A DNA stretch of 64,000 bases from an uncultured Mycoplasmatota bacterium (GCA_900546715.1 UREA01000002.1:20050-84049); one strand, 5' to 3'; counted from the first letter of the stretch, positions 18,278-28,796 are shown. Notes: generated by a model not told the origin, from the sequence alone. Numbers and translations are program-made.

Positions 18278-19279
18278 TTAAACTTTATGTTCATCTTTAT
18301 CATATATGCCTTTTATATCTAAAGCATAATCGTAACTTATTAATTCATTCATATTTGTTTTAATATAAGCATCTTCCTTATGAGAATAATCACTTATTTC
18401 TTGGTCACTAAAGTCTTTAAAATACTCTTTTACTTTATTTATTATCAATAACTCTTGTTCTGATAAATACTTATTTTTAATAGGCACCTTACTAATTATC
18501 AATTCATGTTCTTTGCCATCTACATATTCTGTTACATAATCTATTAAACCTTTCCTATATAAATCATCTAATAATATTTCAAAATGATTTGGAACAGGAC
18601 CTTTAGCATATTTAACATATTCTAAACCAGTTATACCTGCAGCAGTATTTTTGTAATTTACAAAATCACTATAAAATAATTCTTTAAATAACTTCATTTT
18701 GCTAATGGCACTATTAGTTAAATTAGATATTATTTCTTCTAGCTTATTTATATTAAATTCTGTATAACCATTATAATCTGCTATATCTTCTTCATTATCA
18801 AAGAATGCTTGTAATATAATATTATTTGGTTCTTTACCTATCTTTTCTTTTATTTTCTTTAAATCTTTATCAGTTAAATATTGTTCATTTGCTAAAACAA
18901 GATTATTAATAATACTAGGATCATTTAATAACATTTTTAATATAATATAAAAGTTATCATTAGGTATAGAAGTTCCATTTTCATAACTAATTAATGTTTT
19001 TCTAGCACAACCAATTATTTTAGCAAATAGTTCTTTAGAAAAACCATAACTTTCTCTTAAGGCTGTTATTTCTTCTGGTCTAATACCATATAAATAATTA
19101 TATTTATCGAATGCTTTTAATAAAGCCTCGTCGTCTAAAATGTCATCAATTACTAATGAATTACATTTAGAACAAAATCTTCTTTTAGATTCTATTTCTA
19201 TAGGCACTCCTTTAAGAAATGTATGTTTATATAATTTCACATAAGTATCTGTACTTCCACAAATATCACATTTATACAT
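18278..19279 (-). CDS. fusion protein: zinc ribbon + HTH (MqsA-like) N-terminus and DUF4065/Panacea (SocA-like antitoxin) C-terminal domain
   Basis: CxxC...CxxC ribbon (CDICGS...CSKCNS), then an HTH (FSKELFAKIIGCARKTLISYENG), then a DUF4065-like segment (KLFKELFYSDF...GLEYVKYAKGPVP). Start set at MYKCDICGS after GAGG. Confidence 0.65.
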   Translation of the reverse strand: MYKCDICGSTDTYVKLYKHTFLKGVPIEIESKRRFCSKCNSLVIDDILDDEALLKAFDKYNYLYGIRPEEITALRESYGFSKELFAKIIGCARKTLISYENGTSIPNDNFYIILKMLLNDPSIINNLVLANEQYLTDKDLKKIKEKIGKEPNNIILQAFFDNEEDIADYNGYTEFNINKLEEIISNLTNSAISKMKLFKELFYSDFVNYKNTAAGITGLEYVKYAKGPVPNHFEILLDDLYRKGLIDYVTEYVDGKEHELIISKVPIKNKYLSEQELLIINKVKEYFKDFSDQEISDYSHKEDAYIKTNMNELISYDYALDIKGIYDKDEHKV

Positions 19280-19405
19280 ATTAGCCTCACTATTATGTTT
19301 TGTTTGTGTAAACATTATATCATTAGTTTAATTATTTGTCTAGTATTTTTTGACAGAAAAAAACTATTGGCAAAACCAATAGTTTAATCTGTGTATATAC
19401 TTAAA

Positions 19406-20572
19406 TTATTTAATAATTTCAGATACTACACCAGCACCAACAGTTCTACCGCCTTCACGGATAGAGAATTTAGTTCCGTTTTCAAGAGCAACTGGAGCGA
19501 TTAGTTCAACAGTCATGTCAACATTATCACCAGGCATAACCATTTCAACTCCTTCAGGAAGTTCAATTACACCAGTAACGTCAGTTGTTCTGAAATAGAA
19601 TTGTGGTCTGTAATTTGAGAAGAATGGAGTATGACGTCCGCCTTCTTCTTTAGATAATACGTATACACTTGCTTTAAATTTAGTATGAGGTGTAACAGTT
19701 CCAGGTTTAGCTAAAACTTGTCCACGTTCTACTTCATCACGAGCAATACCACGTAGTAGAACACCAGCATTATCACCAGCTTGAGCAAAGTCTAGAGATT
19801 TTCTAAACATTTCAATACCAGTAACAACTGTTTTCTTAGTAGGTCTTAAACCAACAATTTCAACTTCTTCATTTAGACTAACTTTACCTCTTTCAACACG
19901 TCCTGTAACAACAGTACCACGTCCTGAAATAGTAAATACGTCTTCAATGCTCATTAAGAATGGTTTGTCAGTATCACGAACAGGTGCATCGATATAAGAA
20001 TCAACAGCAGCCATTAAATCACGGATACTTTGAGCAGCAGCTTCATCTCCTTCAAGAGCTTTTAAAGCACTACCACGGATAATAGGACATTCTGAATCAA
20101 ATCCATATTCTCCTAATAATTCTCTGATTTCCATTTCTACTAAATCTAGTAATTCTGGATCATCAACTTGGTCACATTTATTCATGTAAACCACGATCTT
20201 AGGCACACCAACTTGACGAGATAATAAAATATGTTCTCTAGTTTGTGGCATTGGACCGTCTGCAGCAGATACAACAAGGATTGCTCCGTCCATTTGAGCT
20301 GCACCTGTAATCATGTTTTTAACATAATCGGCATGTCCTGGACAGTCAACATGTGCATAGTGACGTTTGTCAGTTTCATATTCAACGTGTGCAGTGTTGA
20401 TTGTTATACCTCTTTCTCTTTCTTCTGGAGCTTTGTCGATATCAGCATAATCAACGAAAGTACCAAAATATTTAGTGATCGCAGCAGTTAATGTTGTTTT
20501 ACCATGGTCAACGTGTCCGATGGTACCAATATTAACGTGTTCTTTTGAACGATCAAATTTTTCTCTTGCCAT
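19406..20572 (-). CDS. tuf: elongation factor Tu
   Basis: [17 protein letters not shown] and NKCD motifs, with full-length EF-Tu similarity. Confidence 0.97.
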   Translation of the reverse strand: MAREKFDRSKEHVNIGTIGHVDHGKTTLTAAITKYFGTFVDYADIDKAPEERERGITINTAHVEYETDKRHYAHVDCPGHADYVKNMITGAAQMDGAILVVSAADGPMPQTREHILLSRQVGVPKIVVYMNKCDQVDDPELLDLVEMEIRELLGEYGFDSECPIIRGSALKALEGDEAAAQSIRDLMAAVDSYIDAPVRDTDKPFLMSIEDVFTISGRGTVVTGRVERGKVSLNEEVEIVGLRPTKKTVVTGIEMFRKSLDFAQAGDNAGVLLRGIARDEVERGQVLAKPGTVTPHTKFKASVYVLSKEEGGRHTPFFSNYRPQFYFRTTDVTGVIELPEGVEMVMPGDNVDMTVELIAPVALENGTKFSIREGGRTVGAGVVSEIIK

Positions 20573-20644
20573 AATAATATTTCCTCCTTTTTTCTATTAC
20601 TATTATATTTTATCTAATGCTTGAAAATTTTTCAAGTATTATTC

Positions 20645-22726
20645 TTAATTTATGCTGTTTTTCTTAATAATTTCTTCAGCAATTCCTTTTGGAACTTCTT
20701 CATAATGATCTAATGTCATTGTAAAGTTTCCACGACCTTGAGTATTTGAACGAAGACTAGTTGCATAACCAAACATTTCAGCAAGTGGAACCATTGCTAT
20801 AATTGATAATGCATTTCCTCTTGATTCATTACCCATAGGTTTTCCACGACGGCTTGTTAAATCACCCATAACATTACCCATATATTCATCAGGTATTACA
20901 ACTTCAACCTTCATAATTGGTTCAAGTAAAACAGGTTTACATTTATTCTTAGCTTCTTTTAAAGCCATAGAAGCCGCAATTTTGAAAGCCATTTCTGATG
21001 AGTCAACATCATGGTATGATCCATCAAACAATGTTGCTTTTACATCTACCATTGGATAACCTGCAAGAATTCCACCAGCCATAGCTTCTTGTAATCCTTT
21101 ATCAGTTACTGGAATATATTCTCTTGGAACTACCCCACCAACGATAGCATCAACAAATTCATATCCCTTTTCAGGATTTGGTTCAAATTTAACCCAAACG
21201 TGACCATATTGTCCACGTCCACCTGATTGTTTGATATATTTACCTTCACATTCAGCTGCTTGAGTGATTGTTTCACGATAAGCAACTTGTGGACGACCAA
21301 TATTTGCTTCAACGCCAAATTCACGGCGCATTCTATCAACTTGAATATCTAAGTGAAGTTCGCCCATACCACTTATAACTGTTTGACCTGTTTCAGGATC
21401 AGTTTTATATTTAAATGTTGGGTCTTCTTCAGCAAGTTTTTGTAATGCAACAGCCATTTTTTCTTGATCAGCCTTTGATTTTGGTTCAATAGCTTCATCA
21501 ATAACAGGAAGTGGGAATTCCATTCCTTTCATGATACATGGATTTTTTTCATCACATAATGTATCAGCAGTAGTAGTTGATTTTAAACCAACTGCTGCAG
21601 CAATTTCACCGCAATATACTTCACTAATTTCCTTACGATGGTTTGCATGCATTTGTAAAATTCTTCCAACTCTTTCTTTTTCTTTCTTACCAGCTGCATT
21701 TGTACAAAGTACATATGAACCACTTTGTAAGTGTCCTGAATAAACTCTGAAGAATGCAAGTCTACCAACATATGGGTCAGTTGCTATTTTAAATGCTAAA
21801 GCTGTAAATGGTTCAGAATCACTTGGATGTCTTAAAACATCTTTACCATCTTTATCCATACATTCAATAGCAGGTACATCAAGTGGACTTGGCATATAAT
21901 CTATTACTGCATCAAGTGCAAGCTTAACACCCATGTTAGATAAAGCACTACCACACATTACTGGGAAGAATTCAGCAGCTAAAACACCTTTACGAATAGC
22001 TTTTTTAATATCTTCAACAGCAAGTTCTTCACCTTCAAGATATTTTTCCATTAATTCATCATCGAATTCAACAGCTTTTTCAATTAATTCAGTTCTTTTT
22101 TGTTCAACTATATCAACTAAGTCAGCTGGTATTTCGATTTCTTCAGCTTCTTCATGTTGTTCACCATTATAATGATATGCTTTACGAGTAAGTAAATCTA
22201 CTACACCGTTAAATTCAGATTCAGCACCAATAGGCCATTGAATTGGAGCATAATTTACACCAAGTCTTGATTTAATTGTACCTAATGTAAATTCAAAGTC
22301 AGCACCAATTTTGTCCATTTTATTAGCAAATATCATTCTTGGAACTTTATATTCAGTTGCTTGACGCCATACAGTTTCTGATTGTGGTTCAACCCCAGCA
22401 TTAGCATCAAGTAAGCAAATTGCACCATCAAGTACTCTAAGTGAACGTTGAACTTCAACAGTAAAGTCTACGTGACCTGGGGTATCGATGATATTTAGTC
22501 GGTATCCTTTCCAGTGAGCAGTTGTTGCTGCCGAAGTAATTGTAATACCTCTTTCTTTTTCTTGTTCCATCCAGTCCATTTGAGATTCTCCATCATGAGT
22601 TTCTCCAATTTTATGAGTTATACCTGTATGAAACAATACTCTTTCAGTAAATGTAGTTTTTCCGGCATCGATGTGCGCCATGATACCTATATTTCTTAAT
22701 TTATCTAATGATACATCTCTAGCCAT
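20645..22726 (-). CDS. fusA: elongation factor G
   Basis: [17 protein letters not shown] and NKMD motifs. Start at MARDVSL, 5 nt after the rpsG TGA stop. Confidence 0.97.
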   Translation of the reverse strand: MARDVSLDKLRNIGIMAHIDAGKTTFTERVLFHTGITHKIGETHDGESQMDWMEQEKERGITITSAATTAHWKGYRLNIIDTPGHVDFTVEVQRSLRVLDGAICLLDANAGVEPQSETVWRQATEYKVPRMIFANKMDKIGADFEFTLGTIKSRLGVNYAPIQWPIGAESEFNGVVDLLTRKAYHYNGEQHEEAEEIEIPADLVDIVEQKRTELIEKAVEFDDELMEKYLEGEELAVEDIKKAIRKGVLAAEFFPVMCGSALSNMGVKLALDAVIDYMPSPLDVPAIECMDKDGKDVLRHPSDSEPFTALAFKIATDPYVGRLAFFRVYSGHLQSGSYVLCTNAAGKKEKERVGRILQMHANHRKEISEVYCGEIAAAVGLKSTTTADTLCDEKNPCIMKGMEFPLPVIDEAIEPKSKADQEKMAVALQKLAEEDPTFKYKTDPETGQTVISGMGELHLDIQVDRMRREFGVEANIGRPQVAYRETITQAAECEGKYIKQSGGRGQYGHVWVKFEPNPEKGYEFVDAIVGGVVPREYIPVTDKGLQEAMAGGILAGYPMVDVKATLFDGSYHDVDSSEMAFKIAASMALKEAKNKCKPVLLEPIMKVEVVIPDEYMGNVMGDLTSRRGKPMGNESRGNALSIIAMVPLAEMFGYATSLRSNTQGRGNFTMTLDHYEEVPKGIAEEIIKKNSIN

Positions 22727-22731
22727 TAGCT

Positions 22732-23199
22732 TCACCATCTGTAGTGAGCAAATGCTTTATTTGCTTCAGCCATTTTGTGTGTATCTTCACGTTTTTTAAC
22801 AGCTCCACCAGTGCCATTTGCGGCATCCATGATTTCGTTTGCTAAATTAATGGCCATACCCTTTCCATTTCTTAATCTTGCATAGTTAACTAACCAACGT
22901 AGTGCTAAAGTTTGAGCTCTATCATCTTTAACTTCAACAGGAACTTGATAATTAGAACCTCCAACACGACGTGATTTAACTTCTAATGCTGGTTTAATAT
23001 TTTCTAAAGCAGCATTATATACTTCAAGAGCTGGTTTTCCAGTTTGCTTTTCTACTATTTCAAAAGCTTCATATAAAATCTTTTGAGCTGTTCCTTTTTT
23101 ACCATCAGTCATAATTTGATTAACTAATTTAGTAACAACTTTAGAGTTATATATTGGATCTGGAAGCACATCTCTTTTTATAGCTCTTCTTTTACGCAT
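22732..23199 (-). CDS. rpsG: 30S ribosomal protein S7
   Basis: 155 aa with canonical S7 sequence, ending HYRW-TGA. Confidence 0.95.
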   Translation of the reverse strand: MRKRRAIKRDVLPDPIYNSKVVTKLVNQIMTDGKKGTAQKILYEAFEIVEKQTGKPALEVYNAALENIKPALEVKSRRVGGSNYQVPVEVKDDRAQTLALRWLVNYARLRNGKGMAINLANEIMDAANGTGGAVKKREDTHKMAEANKAFAHYRW

Positions 23200-23210
23200 T
23201 ATTTATCCTC

Positions 23211-23624
23211 CTATTTCTTTTCTTTTTTAGTTCCGTATTTACTACGTCCTTGTTTTCTGTCTTGTACGCCGTGAGTATCAAGTGTACCACGAACAATGTG
23301 ATAACGAACACCGATTAAATCTTTAACACGTCCACCTCTTACTAAAACAACGCTGTGTTCTTGTAAGTTGTGTCCTTCACCTGGAATATATGCATCGATT
23401 TCTTTTCCATTAGAAAGTCTAACACGAGCATATTTTCTTAAAGCTGAATTTGGTTTCTTTGGTGTTCTAGTAGCAACTTTAACACAAACCCCTCTTTTTT
23501 GTGGGCTTTTAGCATCAGTTTGCTTCTTTTCCAAAGTATTATATCCAACATTTAATACTGGACTCTTACTCTTTCTTCTCTTCTTACCACGATTCTTTTT
23601 TACAAGTTGATTAATTGTAGGCAT
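23211..23624 (-). CDS. rpsL: 30S ribosomal protein S12
   Basis: 137 aa. MPTINQL... and [10 protein letters not shown] motif. Confidence 0.95.
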   Translation of the reverse strand: MPTINQLVKKNRGKKRRKSKSPVLNVGYNTLEKKQTDAKSPQKRGVCVKVATRTPKKPNSALRKYARVRLSNGKEIDAYIPGEGHNLQEHSVVLVRGGRVKDLIGVRYHIVRGTLDTHGVQDRKQGRSKYGTKKEKK

Positions 23625-23718
23625 AAGTCCTCCCTTCCATTAACACACACCCTGGTGTATCCAAAATTGCTTTTTACAAGGTTCCACCTAAGTAGAACCC
23701 GTCTTAAAATGCACTATT

Positions 23719-23747
23719 AATATACATTAATATTCTATGTTTGTCAA
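23719..23747 (-). promoter_or_regulatory. promoter of the rpsL-rpsG-fusA-tuf operon
   Basis: Minus-strand TTGACA (23742-23747), 17 nt, TATATT (23719-23724). Leaves a ~95-nt 5'UTR. Confidence 0.55.
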
Positions 23748-23773
23748 GTAAAAATTGCAAACTTTTTTATAAT

Positions 23774-23899
23774 TTATAATCCTATACTTTGATACAATTT
23801 ATAAATTAAATATGCAGCAATAAACAAAGCTATTAATAATATTGCACAAAACACTAACATCTCTGTTAAACCCCAACCATTATTATTTAGTTTTTTCAT
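23774..23899 (-). CDS. 41-aa small hydrophobic peptide (not in supplied ORF track)
   Basis: Own translation: MKKLNNNGWGLTEMLVFCAILLIALFIAAYLIYKLYQSIGL. SD GAGGCGA lies 5 nt upstream. One transmembrane helix. Confidence 0.4.
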   Translation of the reverse strand: MKKLNNNGWGLTEMLVFCAILLIALFIAAYLIYKLYQSIGL

Positions 23900-23946
23900 T
23901 TAATCGCCTCAAATAAATTATATTATAGCAGGTCATTTAAAGTCAA

Positions 23947-24408
23947 TTATTTTTTATAAAAGCATACTTTTTCTTTAGTTAAAACTTGTTTATCAACTTC
24001 ACTTAAGCTTTTAGAAAAATCATCTTTAATTGCTTTTAAAGTCCCATAATCATCTCTTAAAATACTGCCATTATATATATCTGCACACATACTATAATCT
24101 TTATAATCCTGTAAACTAGTTAATGAAAAATCTACAAGTATAGAATCTTCATTCCTTTTAGCATTACCCAAAAATTCCTTACTTTCTGGCAATACACCTG
24201 TAAATGGTCCATTTGTTACAATAGTCATTCGCATTAATATCTTATCTTCATAAACATCATCACTATTTGGCACTAATTCTTTTTTTAAATTAACATAAAC
24301 TCCAACAATATTTTCTTTGGAAATTTCAGCCTCACTTTCATGAATATACCTTACAACCATGTTTTTTGTTTTTGTTGAAACATTAGCAACTTCTTTTTCA
24401 TCTACCAT
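23947..24408 (-). CDS. hypothetical protein occupying the position where rpoB-rpoC usually lie
   Basis: About 153 aa from the ATG preceded by GGAGG. Own TATAAT-type promoter after the rplL terminator. No recognisable motif. Confidence 0.5.
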   Translation of the reverse strand: MVDEKEVANVSTKTKNMVVRYIHESEAEISKENIVGVYVNLKKELVPNSDDVYEDKILMRMTIVTNGPFTGVLPESKEFLGNAKRNEDSILVDFSLTSLQDYKDYSMCADIYNGSILRDDYGTLKAIKDDFSKSLSEVDKQVLTKEKVCFYKK

Positions 24409-24496
24409 AATATCCTCCATTTAAATTTATGTATTATTATACCAAAGAAAGAAAAAAAATCAACCCAAAGGTTGATTTTTTCAAGTATTTTAGTAA

Positions 24497-24865
24497 TTAA
24501 ACTAATTCTACTTCAGCACCAGCTTCAGTTAATTGAGTCTTAATAGCTTCAGCTTCTTCAGCAGGAATATTTTCTTTAATATTTCCACCATTGTCAGCTA
24601 CAGCTTTAGCTTCAACTAATCCTAAACCAGTAATTTCTTTAATGATTTTAATAACTGCAATTTTGTTTCCACCAGCTGATTTTAATACAACAGTCTTAGT
24701 AGATGGTCCTTCATCTACTGCACCAGCAGCTGGAGCTGCAGCAACTGCAACAGCCATTGGATCAACACCAAATTCTTCTTTCATTGCATCAACTAATTCT
24801 TTTACTTCAAGAATAGTCATTTCTTTTAATGCACTTATAAAATCTTCTTTGTTTAATTTTGCCAT
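24497..24865 (-). CDS. rplL: 50S ribosomal protein L7/L12
   Basis: 122 aa. Ala-rich hinge and conserved C-terminal domain (GLGLVEAK). Confidence 0.95.
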   Translation of the reverse strand: MAKLNKEDFISALKEMTILEVKELVDAMKEEFGVDPMAVAVAAAPAAGAVDEGPSTKTVVLKSAGGNKIAVIKIIKEITGLGLVEAKAVADNGGNIKENIPAEEAEAIKTQLTEAGAEVELV

Positions 24866-24868
24866 AAA

Positions 24869-25366
24869 TTATTCCTTCCCTTCCATTTTTTCGGCATATA
24901 AGTTTAAACTTATTGCTAAATCTTTAACATATTGCATCATACCACCTGCAAGCATTGTAAGTAGTCCTTCTCTTGAAGGAATTGATGCGTATTCTTTAAT
25001 TACAGAAATATCTGCAACATCACCACTAATGATGCCAACACGAATGTCTAACTTATCATTACTTTTAGCAAATTCTGATATGATCTTAATTGGTTCAAGC
25101 AATGTCTTACCAAATAAAATTGCATTTGGACCAGCTAGAAAATCATCTAGATTAATGTTTAGTTCATCAGCAGCTCTTTTTAGTAAAGTGTTCTTATATA
25201 CTTTTACCTCAGCTTGGGCTTCTTTAAGTTTTCTTCTTAAGTCACTTAATTCTGCAACACTCATGCCTTGATATTGGAATATAATAACAGATTCACTATT
25301 CTTAAGCTTGTCAACAATTTCATCAACAGTCTTCTTCTTTTGTTCAAGAATCTTTGTGCTTGCCAT
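24869..25366 (-). CDS. rplJ: 50S ribosomal protein L10
   Basis: 165 aa, positioned directly upstream of rplL, with L10-like sequence. Confidence 0.9.
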   Translation of the reverse strand: MASTKILEQKKKTVDEIVDKLKNSESVIIFQYQGMSVAELSDLRRKLKEAQAEVKVYKNTLLKRAADELNINLDDFLAGPNAILFGKTLLEPIKIISEFAKSNDKLDIRVGIISGDVADISVIKEYASIPSREGLLTMLAGGMMQYVKDLAISLNLYAEKMEGKE

Positions 25367-25500
25367 ACATCCTCCTTTTATATTAGAAAAGCTTCCCTAG
25401 GGAAGCTCAAAATAAAAGTATTTAAGTTCCCCTCGGTAGGACTTATTTGATGCCTACTGTCTTTGGATTCGCTTTTTCTAACTCGTATTATAATATATTT
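25367..25500 (-). promoter_or_regulatory. probable ribosomal protein L10 leader (autoregulatory 5'UTR)
   Basis: About 130-nt structured, GC-enriched leader between rplA and rplJ. Hairpins GTAGG..CCTAC and AGCTTCCC-TA-GGGAAGCT. Position matches the Firmicute L10 leader; the fold was not verified. Confidence 0.45.
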
Positions 25501-25504
25501 TTAA

Positions 25505-26203
25505 CTAAATGTCAAAACTATTTTTATCGACCTTTATACCAGGTCCCATAGTTGTTGAAATAGAAATATTTTCTATAAAGTTACCTTTTACTGTACTTGG
25601 TTTTACTTTAGCAATACTTGTAACAACATATTCTAAGTTTTCTTTTAACTTAGCATCATCAAAAGATACTTTTCCAATGATAGTATGAACATTACCAAAC
25701 TTATCATTCTTATACATTACCATACCTTTTTTAAGTTCTTCAACTATTGCTCCAACTTTTGTAGTAACTGTACCAGTCTTAGGATTTGGCATTAAATTTC
25801 TTGGGCCAAGAATATTACCAATTTTACCTACTTCTGGCATCATATCTGGAGTAGCTACAACTACATCAAAATCAAACCAATTTTCATTTTTAATCTTATC
25901 AAGTAAATCTTTATCTCCAACAAAGTCAGCTCCAGCAGCCTTAGCTTCATCAGCAAATGAGCCTTTAGCAATAACTAAAACTTTCTTAGTTTTACCAGTA
26001 CCATGTGGTAGTGATAAAGAGCCTTTAAGTTGTTGATCTGATTTTTTAGAATCAATATTTAACTTAATAGCTACTTCAACAGTACTATCAAATTTAGTAA
26101 CTGAAGTACTCTTTACTAATTTGATTGCATCTTCTAAACTATATAGAGTATTTTTATCTACATTCTTAGATGCTTCCACATATTTCTTTCCATGTTTTTT
26201 CAT
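25505..26203 (-). CDS. rplA: 50S ribosomal protein L1
   Basis: 232 aa with canonical L1 sequence. Confidence 0.95.
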   Translation of the reverse strand: MKKHGKKYVEASKNVDKNTLYSLEDAIKLVKSTSVTKFDSTVEVAIKLNIDSKKSDQQLKGSLSLPHGTGKTKKVLVIAKGSFADEAKAAGADFVGDKDLLDKIKNENWFDFDVVVATPDMMPEVGKIGNILGPRNLMPNPKTGTVTTKVGAIVEELKKGMVMYKNDKFGNVHTIIGKVSFDDAKLKENLEYVVTSIAKVKPSTVKGNFIENISISTTMGPGIKVDKNSFDI

Positions 26204-26254
26204 TTTCTTCCTCCTTAACTGTGGTATTTTAAGCGGACAAAATATTTATTAAAA

Positions 26255-26857
26255 TTAATTTTCTTCAGTTGTTTCTTCTTCGTCTTCACCATGAACTGGA
26301 ACATCAACATTTGCTGCTTCTGCCATTTCTTTAGCTTCAGCTTCAAGTTCTGCAAGTTCTGCATCACGTTTTGCTTGTTCTTTTTCTTCTTCTGCGGCTT
26401 CTGCAGCTTGCTTTTCAAGTTCAGCATCATTAACGCCTTCAACTGCAATACCCATGTTTCTAGCTGTACCAGCAATTTGCTTCATAGCAGCTTCAACATC
26501 ATAAGCATTTAAATCAGGCATTTTAGTCTCAGCAATTTCTCTTAAATCTTTCTCTGAAATAGTAGCAACAATTTCATTTGCTCCTTTTTTACTACCCTTA
26601 TTTATTTTAGCAACTTTTTTAAGTAAAAATGCTGCTGGGGCAGTTTTTAGTACAAAATCGAAACTTCTATCATCATAGATAGTAATTTCACAAGGAACTA
26701 CATCACCCATTTTGTCACGAGTTGCTTCATTAAACTTTGTACAAAATTCACCTAGATTAATTCCTGCAGGTCCAAGTACTGTACCAACTGGTGGTGCAGG
26801 TGTTGCTTTACCAGCTTCGATTTGCAATTTAATTTTCTTTACGACTTCTTTAGCCAC
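26255..26857 (-). CDS. rplK: 50S ribosomal protein L11 with ~59-aa acidic C-terminal extension
   Basis: GTG start 5 nt after AGGAGGTG gives VAKEVVKKIKLQIEAGKATPAPPVG. The canonical L11 body ends near GIAVEG. An Ala/Glu-rich tail follows in frame (26258-26434). Confidence 0.85.
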   Translation of the reverse strand: MAKEVVKKIKLQIEAGKATPAPPVGTVLGPAGINLGEFCTKFNEATRDKMGDVVPCEITIYDDRSFDFVLKTAPAAFLLKKVAKINKGSKKGANEIVATISEKDLREIAETKMPDLNAYDVEAAMKQIAGTARNMGIAVEGVNDAELEKQAAEAAEEEKEQAKRDAELAELEAEAKEMAEAANVDVPVHGEDEEETTEEN

Positions 26858-27099
26858 GAAAACACCTCCTATAAAATTTTTTCGCGTAAGTGGTAATGGG
26901 CAAGTCCGCCAAATTATCCCCGCCACTTAACAAATTATATTAAAAATATAAATCTGCAATTACGATAATACCACAAATTTACTGATTTTACAACAATTTT
27001 ACGTCTATTTTCAAGAAAATTTTACTTATAATTAGATTTACATATTGGAAGTATAACAAAAATATGATAATATTATTATATAAATAAGGAGGAATTACT

Positions 27100-28122
27100 T
27101 TGGCTGGGAAATTTTTTAATCAAAGAGTAAAAGGTTCTTCTAACAACAATATGAAAGCATATATGATTGTTGGAGGCTGTATTTTAATAATATTTATAGT
27201 AGTAATAATAATTGTTAGTGTTGGAGGGGATGATAATTCACCAGATGCTGTAATTGAAGTACAAGATTCTATATCCGTAGAAATAAACGGAGATTTACCA
27301 GATAACACTGATTTCTTCTCTGAACTGCAAAATGTTAAAGAAGATGATATCGATGTTGATTATTCTGGTGTTGATATGAGTAAGCTTGGAAGCTATGATG
27401 TTACAATTACAGTTAATAATCACGAATATACTTCAACATTAAATGTAATAGATGAAACCGCACCTGAATTAACAACTAAAGATTTAACTATAAATATTGG
27501 ACAAACATATAATGCTGAAGATTTTGTAGATACTTGCACTGATAACAGTGGTGAAGAATGTGTTATAGAATTTTATGAAAATGGACGAGATCAAGATGGT
27601 AATTTAATAGATTATGGTTCATATTTGGCTGAAGGAACATATCAAATTCAAATCATAGCCAGCGATTCTTCCGAAAATGCAACACAACCACAAACCGCAA
27701 CTCTAATTATTGGTGAAGGCGGCGGCACAGTAGATCCTTCAACCTGTCGTTATGGTGGTTCAGAATACGATTCAAACACTTATATACTTGGAGTTAATGT
27801 TACAAATAATGGTTGTGCTCTTGACTTAAACTTATATCATGAAGAATCTACTCAACAAGCAGCTAAAGATTTAGCAGAAACTGATACAGAAAAGTTACAA
27901 AAAGAAATTTACAATTTAAATATTGATAAAAATATAATTAAAAATTTAACCCAAAGAATTAATCCAGTATTAAATACAACAGGAACTGGTCTAGTAGGTT
28001 ATTCAGTTGAAATGATTTTAACACTAGAATATACCGATGGTACTACTGAAGTTGTTGAAAGATATTTCTTAGACCAAAATGGCAAAAGAACTTACTCAAT
28101 CAACAAATATAATTTAAGTTAA
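27100..28122 (+). CDS. membrane-anchored extracellular protein with Ig-like (DUF5011-type?) segment
   Basis: 340 aa. TTG start after AAGGAGGA. N-terminal anchor helix. Central beta-rich segment (TAPELTTKDLTINIGQTYNAEDF...IIASDSSEN). Terminator hairpin at 28125-28150. Confidence 0.55.
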   Translation: MAGKFFNQRVKGSSNNNMKAYMIVGGCILIIFIVVIIIVSVGGDDNSPDAVIEVQDSISVEINGDLPDNTDFFSELQNVKEDDIDVDYSGVDMSKLGSYDVTITVNNHEYTSTLNVIDETAPELTTKDLTINIGQTYNAEDFVDTCTDNSGEECVIEFYENGRDQDGNLIDYGSYLAEGTYQIQIIASDSSENATQPQTATLIIGEGGGTVDPSTCRYGGSEYDSNTYILGVNVTNNGCALDLNLYHEESTQQAAKDLAETDTEKLQKEIYNLNIDKNIIKNLTQRINPVLNTTGTGLVGYSVEMILTLEYTDGTTEVVERYFLDQNGKRTYSINKYNLS

Positions 28123-28187
28123 CAAAAACCTCATCATATGATGAGGTTTTCTTATATTAAAAAAGAACTGAAATTAATCAATTCATT

Positions 28188-28796
28188 TTAGTTCTTTTTT
28201 TGTTGTCTTGAAAATAATACCAAAGATCCAAAACCAACAATAATTACTGTAAATATAATAGCAACAATAGCTCCATCACTTATTCCAGCGCTTTCAACAG
28301 CTCCTCCTTCAGTATAACCAATATCTTCAGCAGCACATGCTTCAGCAAATGTTTCTGCATCAACATCATAACCTTCAGATTCAATCAAATTAGCTACTAA
28401 ATCAGTATATGATTCATCTTGATATGCTCTTAATGCTTCTTCGATTACAGTTTCACCATTATATCCAAGCGAATGATAACTATCACCTATTACGATAAAT
28501 GGTACACTACTATCAGCTTCTTCACCAAAGTATTCTTTTGCATCTAACATTAATGATTGGTTTTCTGAATTATTCCATGATTCATAAGCAACTATTTCAA
28601 AGTAATCAGTATAATCATCATAGACTTCACTAAAATAAGTTAAAAAACTTTGACAAACATGGCAACCATTACCTCGAAACAAATAAACAGTAACTTTTTC
28701 GTGATCTGTAACTTCTGGTAAGTCTGCAGCTTTAACGCTTGGAGCAACTACCAAACTTAATGCTACAAGCACACCAACTAATAATTTTTTCAACAT
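28188..28796 (-). CDS. secreted thioredoxin-fold protein (CxxC) with C-terminal membrane anchor
   Basis: 202 aa. Signal peptide, GNGCHVCQSF redox motif, and C-terminal helix plus basic tail. Start overlaps the hydrogenase stop. Confidence 0.6.
   Translation of the reverse strand: MLKKLLVGVLVALSLVVAPSVKAADLPEVTDHEKVTVYLFRGNGCHVCQSFLTYFSEVYDDYTDYFEIVAYESWNNSENQSLMLDAKEYFGEEADSSVPFIVIGDSYHSLGYNGETVIEEALRAYQDESYTDLVANLIESEGYDVDAETFAEACAAEDIGYTEGGAVESAGISDGAIVAIIFTVIIVGFGSLVLFSRQQKKN

Noticed and set aside
24591-25271. Long antisense or overlapping ORFs in the track. Examples are 24591..25271, 16162..16830, 42385..42732, 46045..46431, 32315..32653, 33401..33733, 26215..26475, 13424..13708, 6503..6706 and 45823..46083.
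   Set aside because: Each lies opposite or inside a well-supported gene or the tRNA. They lack ribosome-binding sites and have low-complexity or compositionally driven translations.
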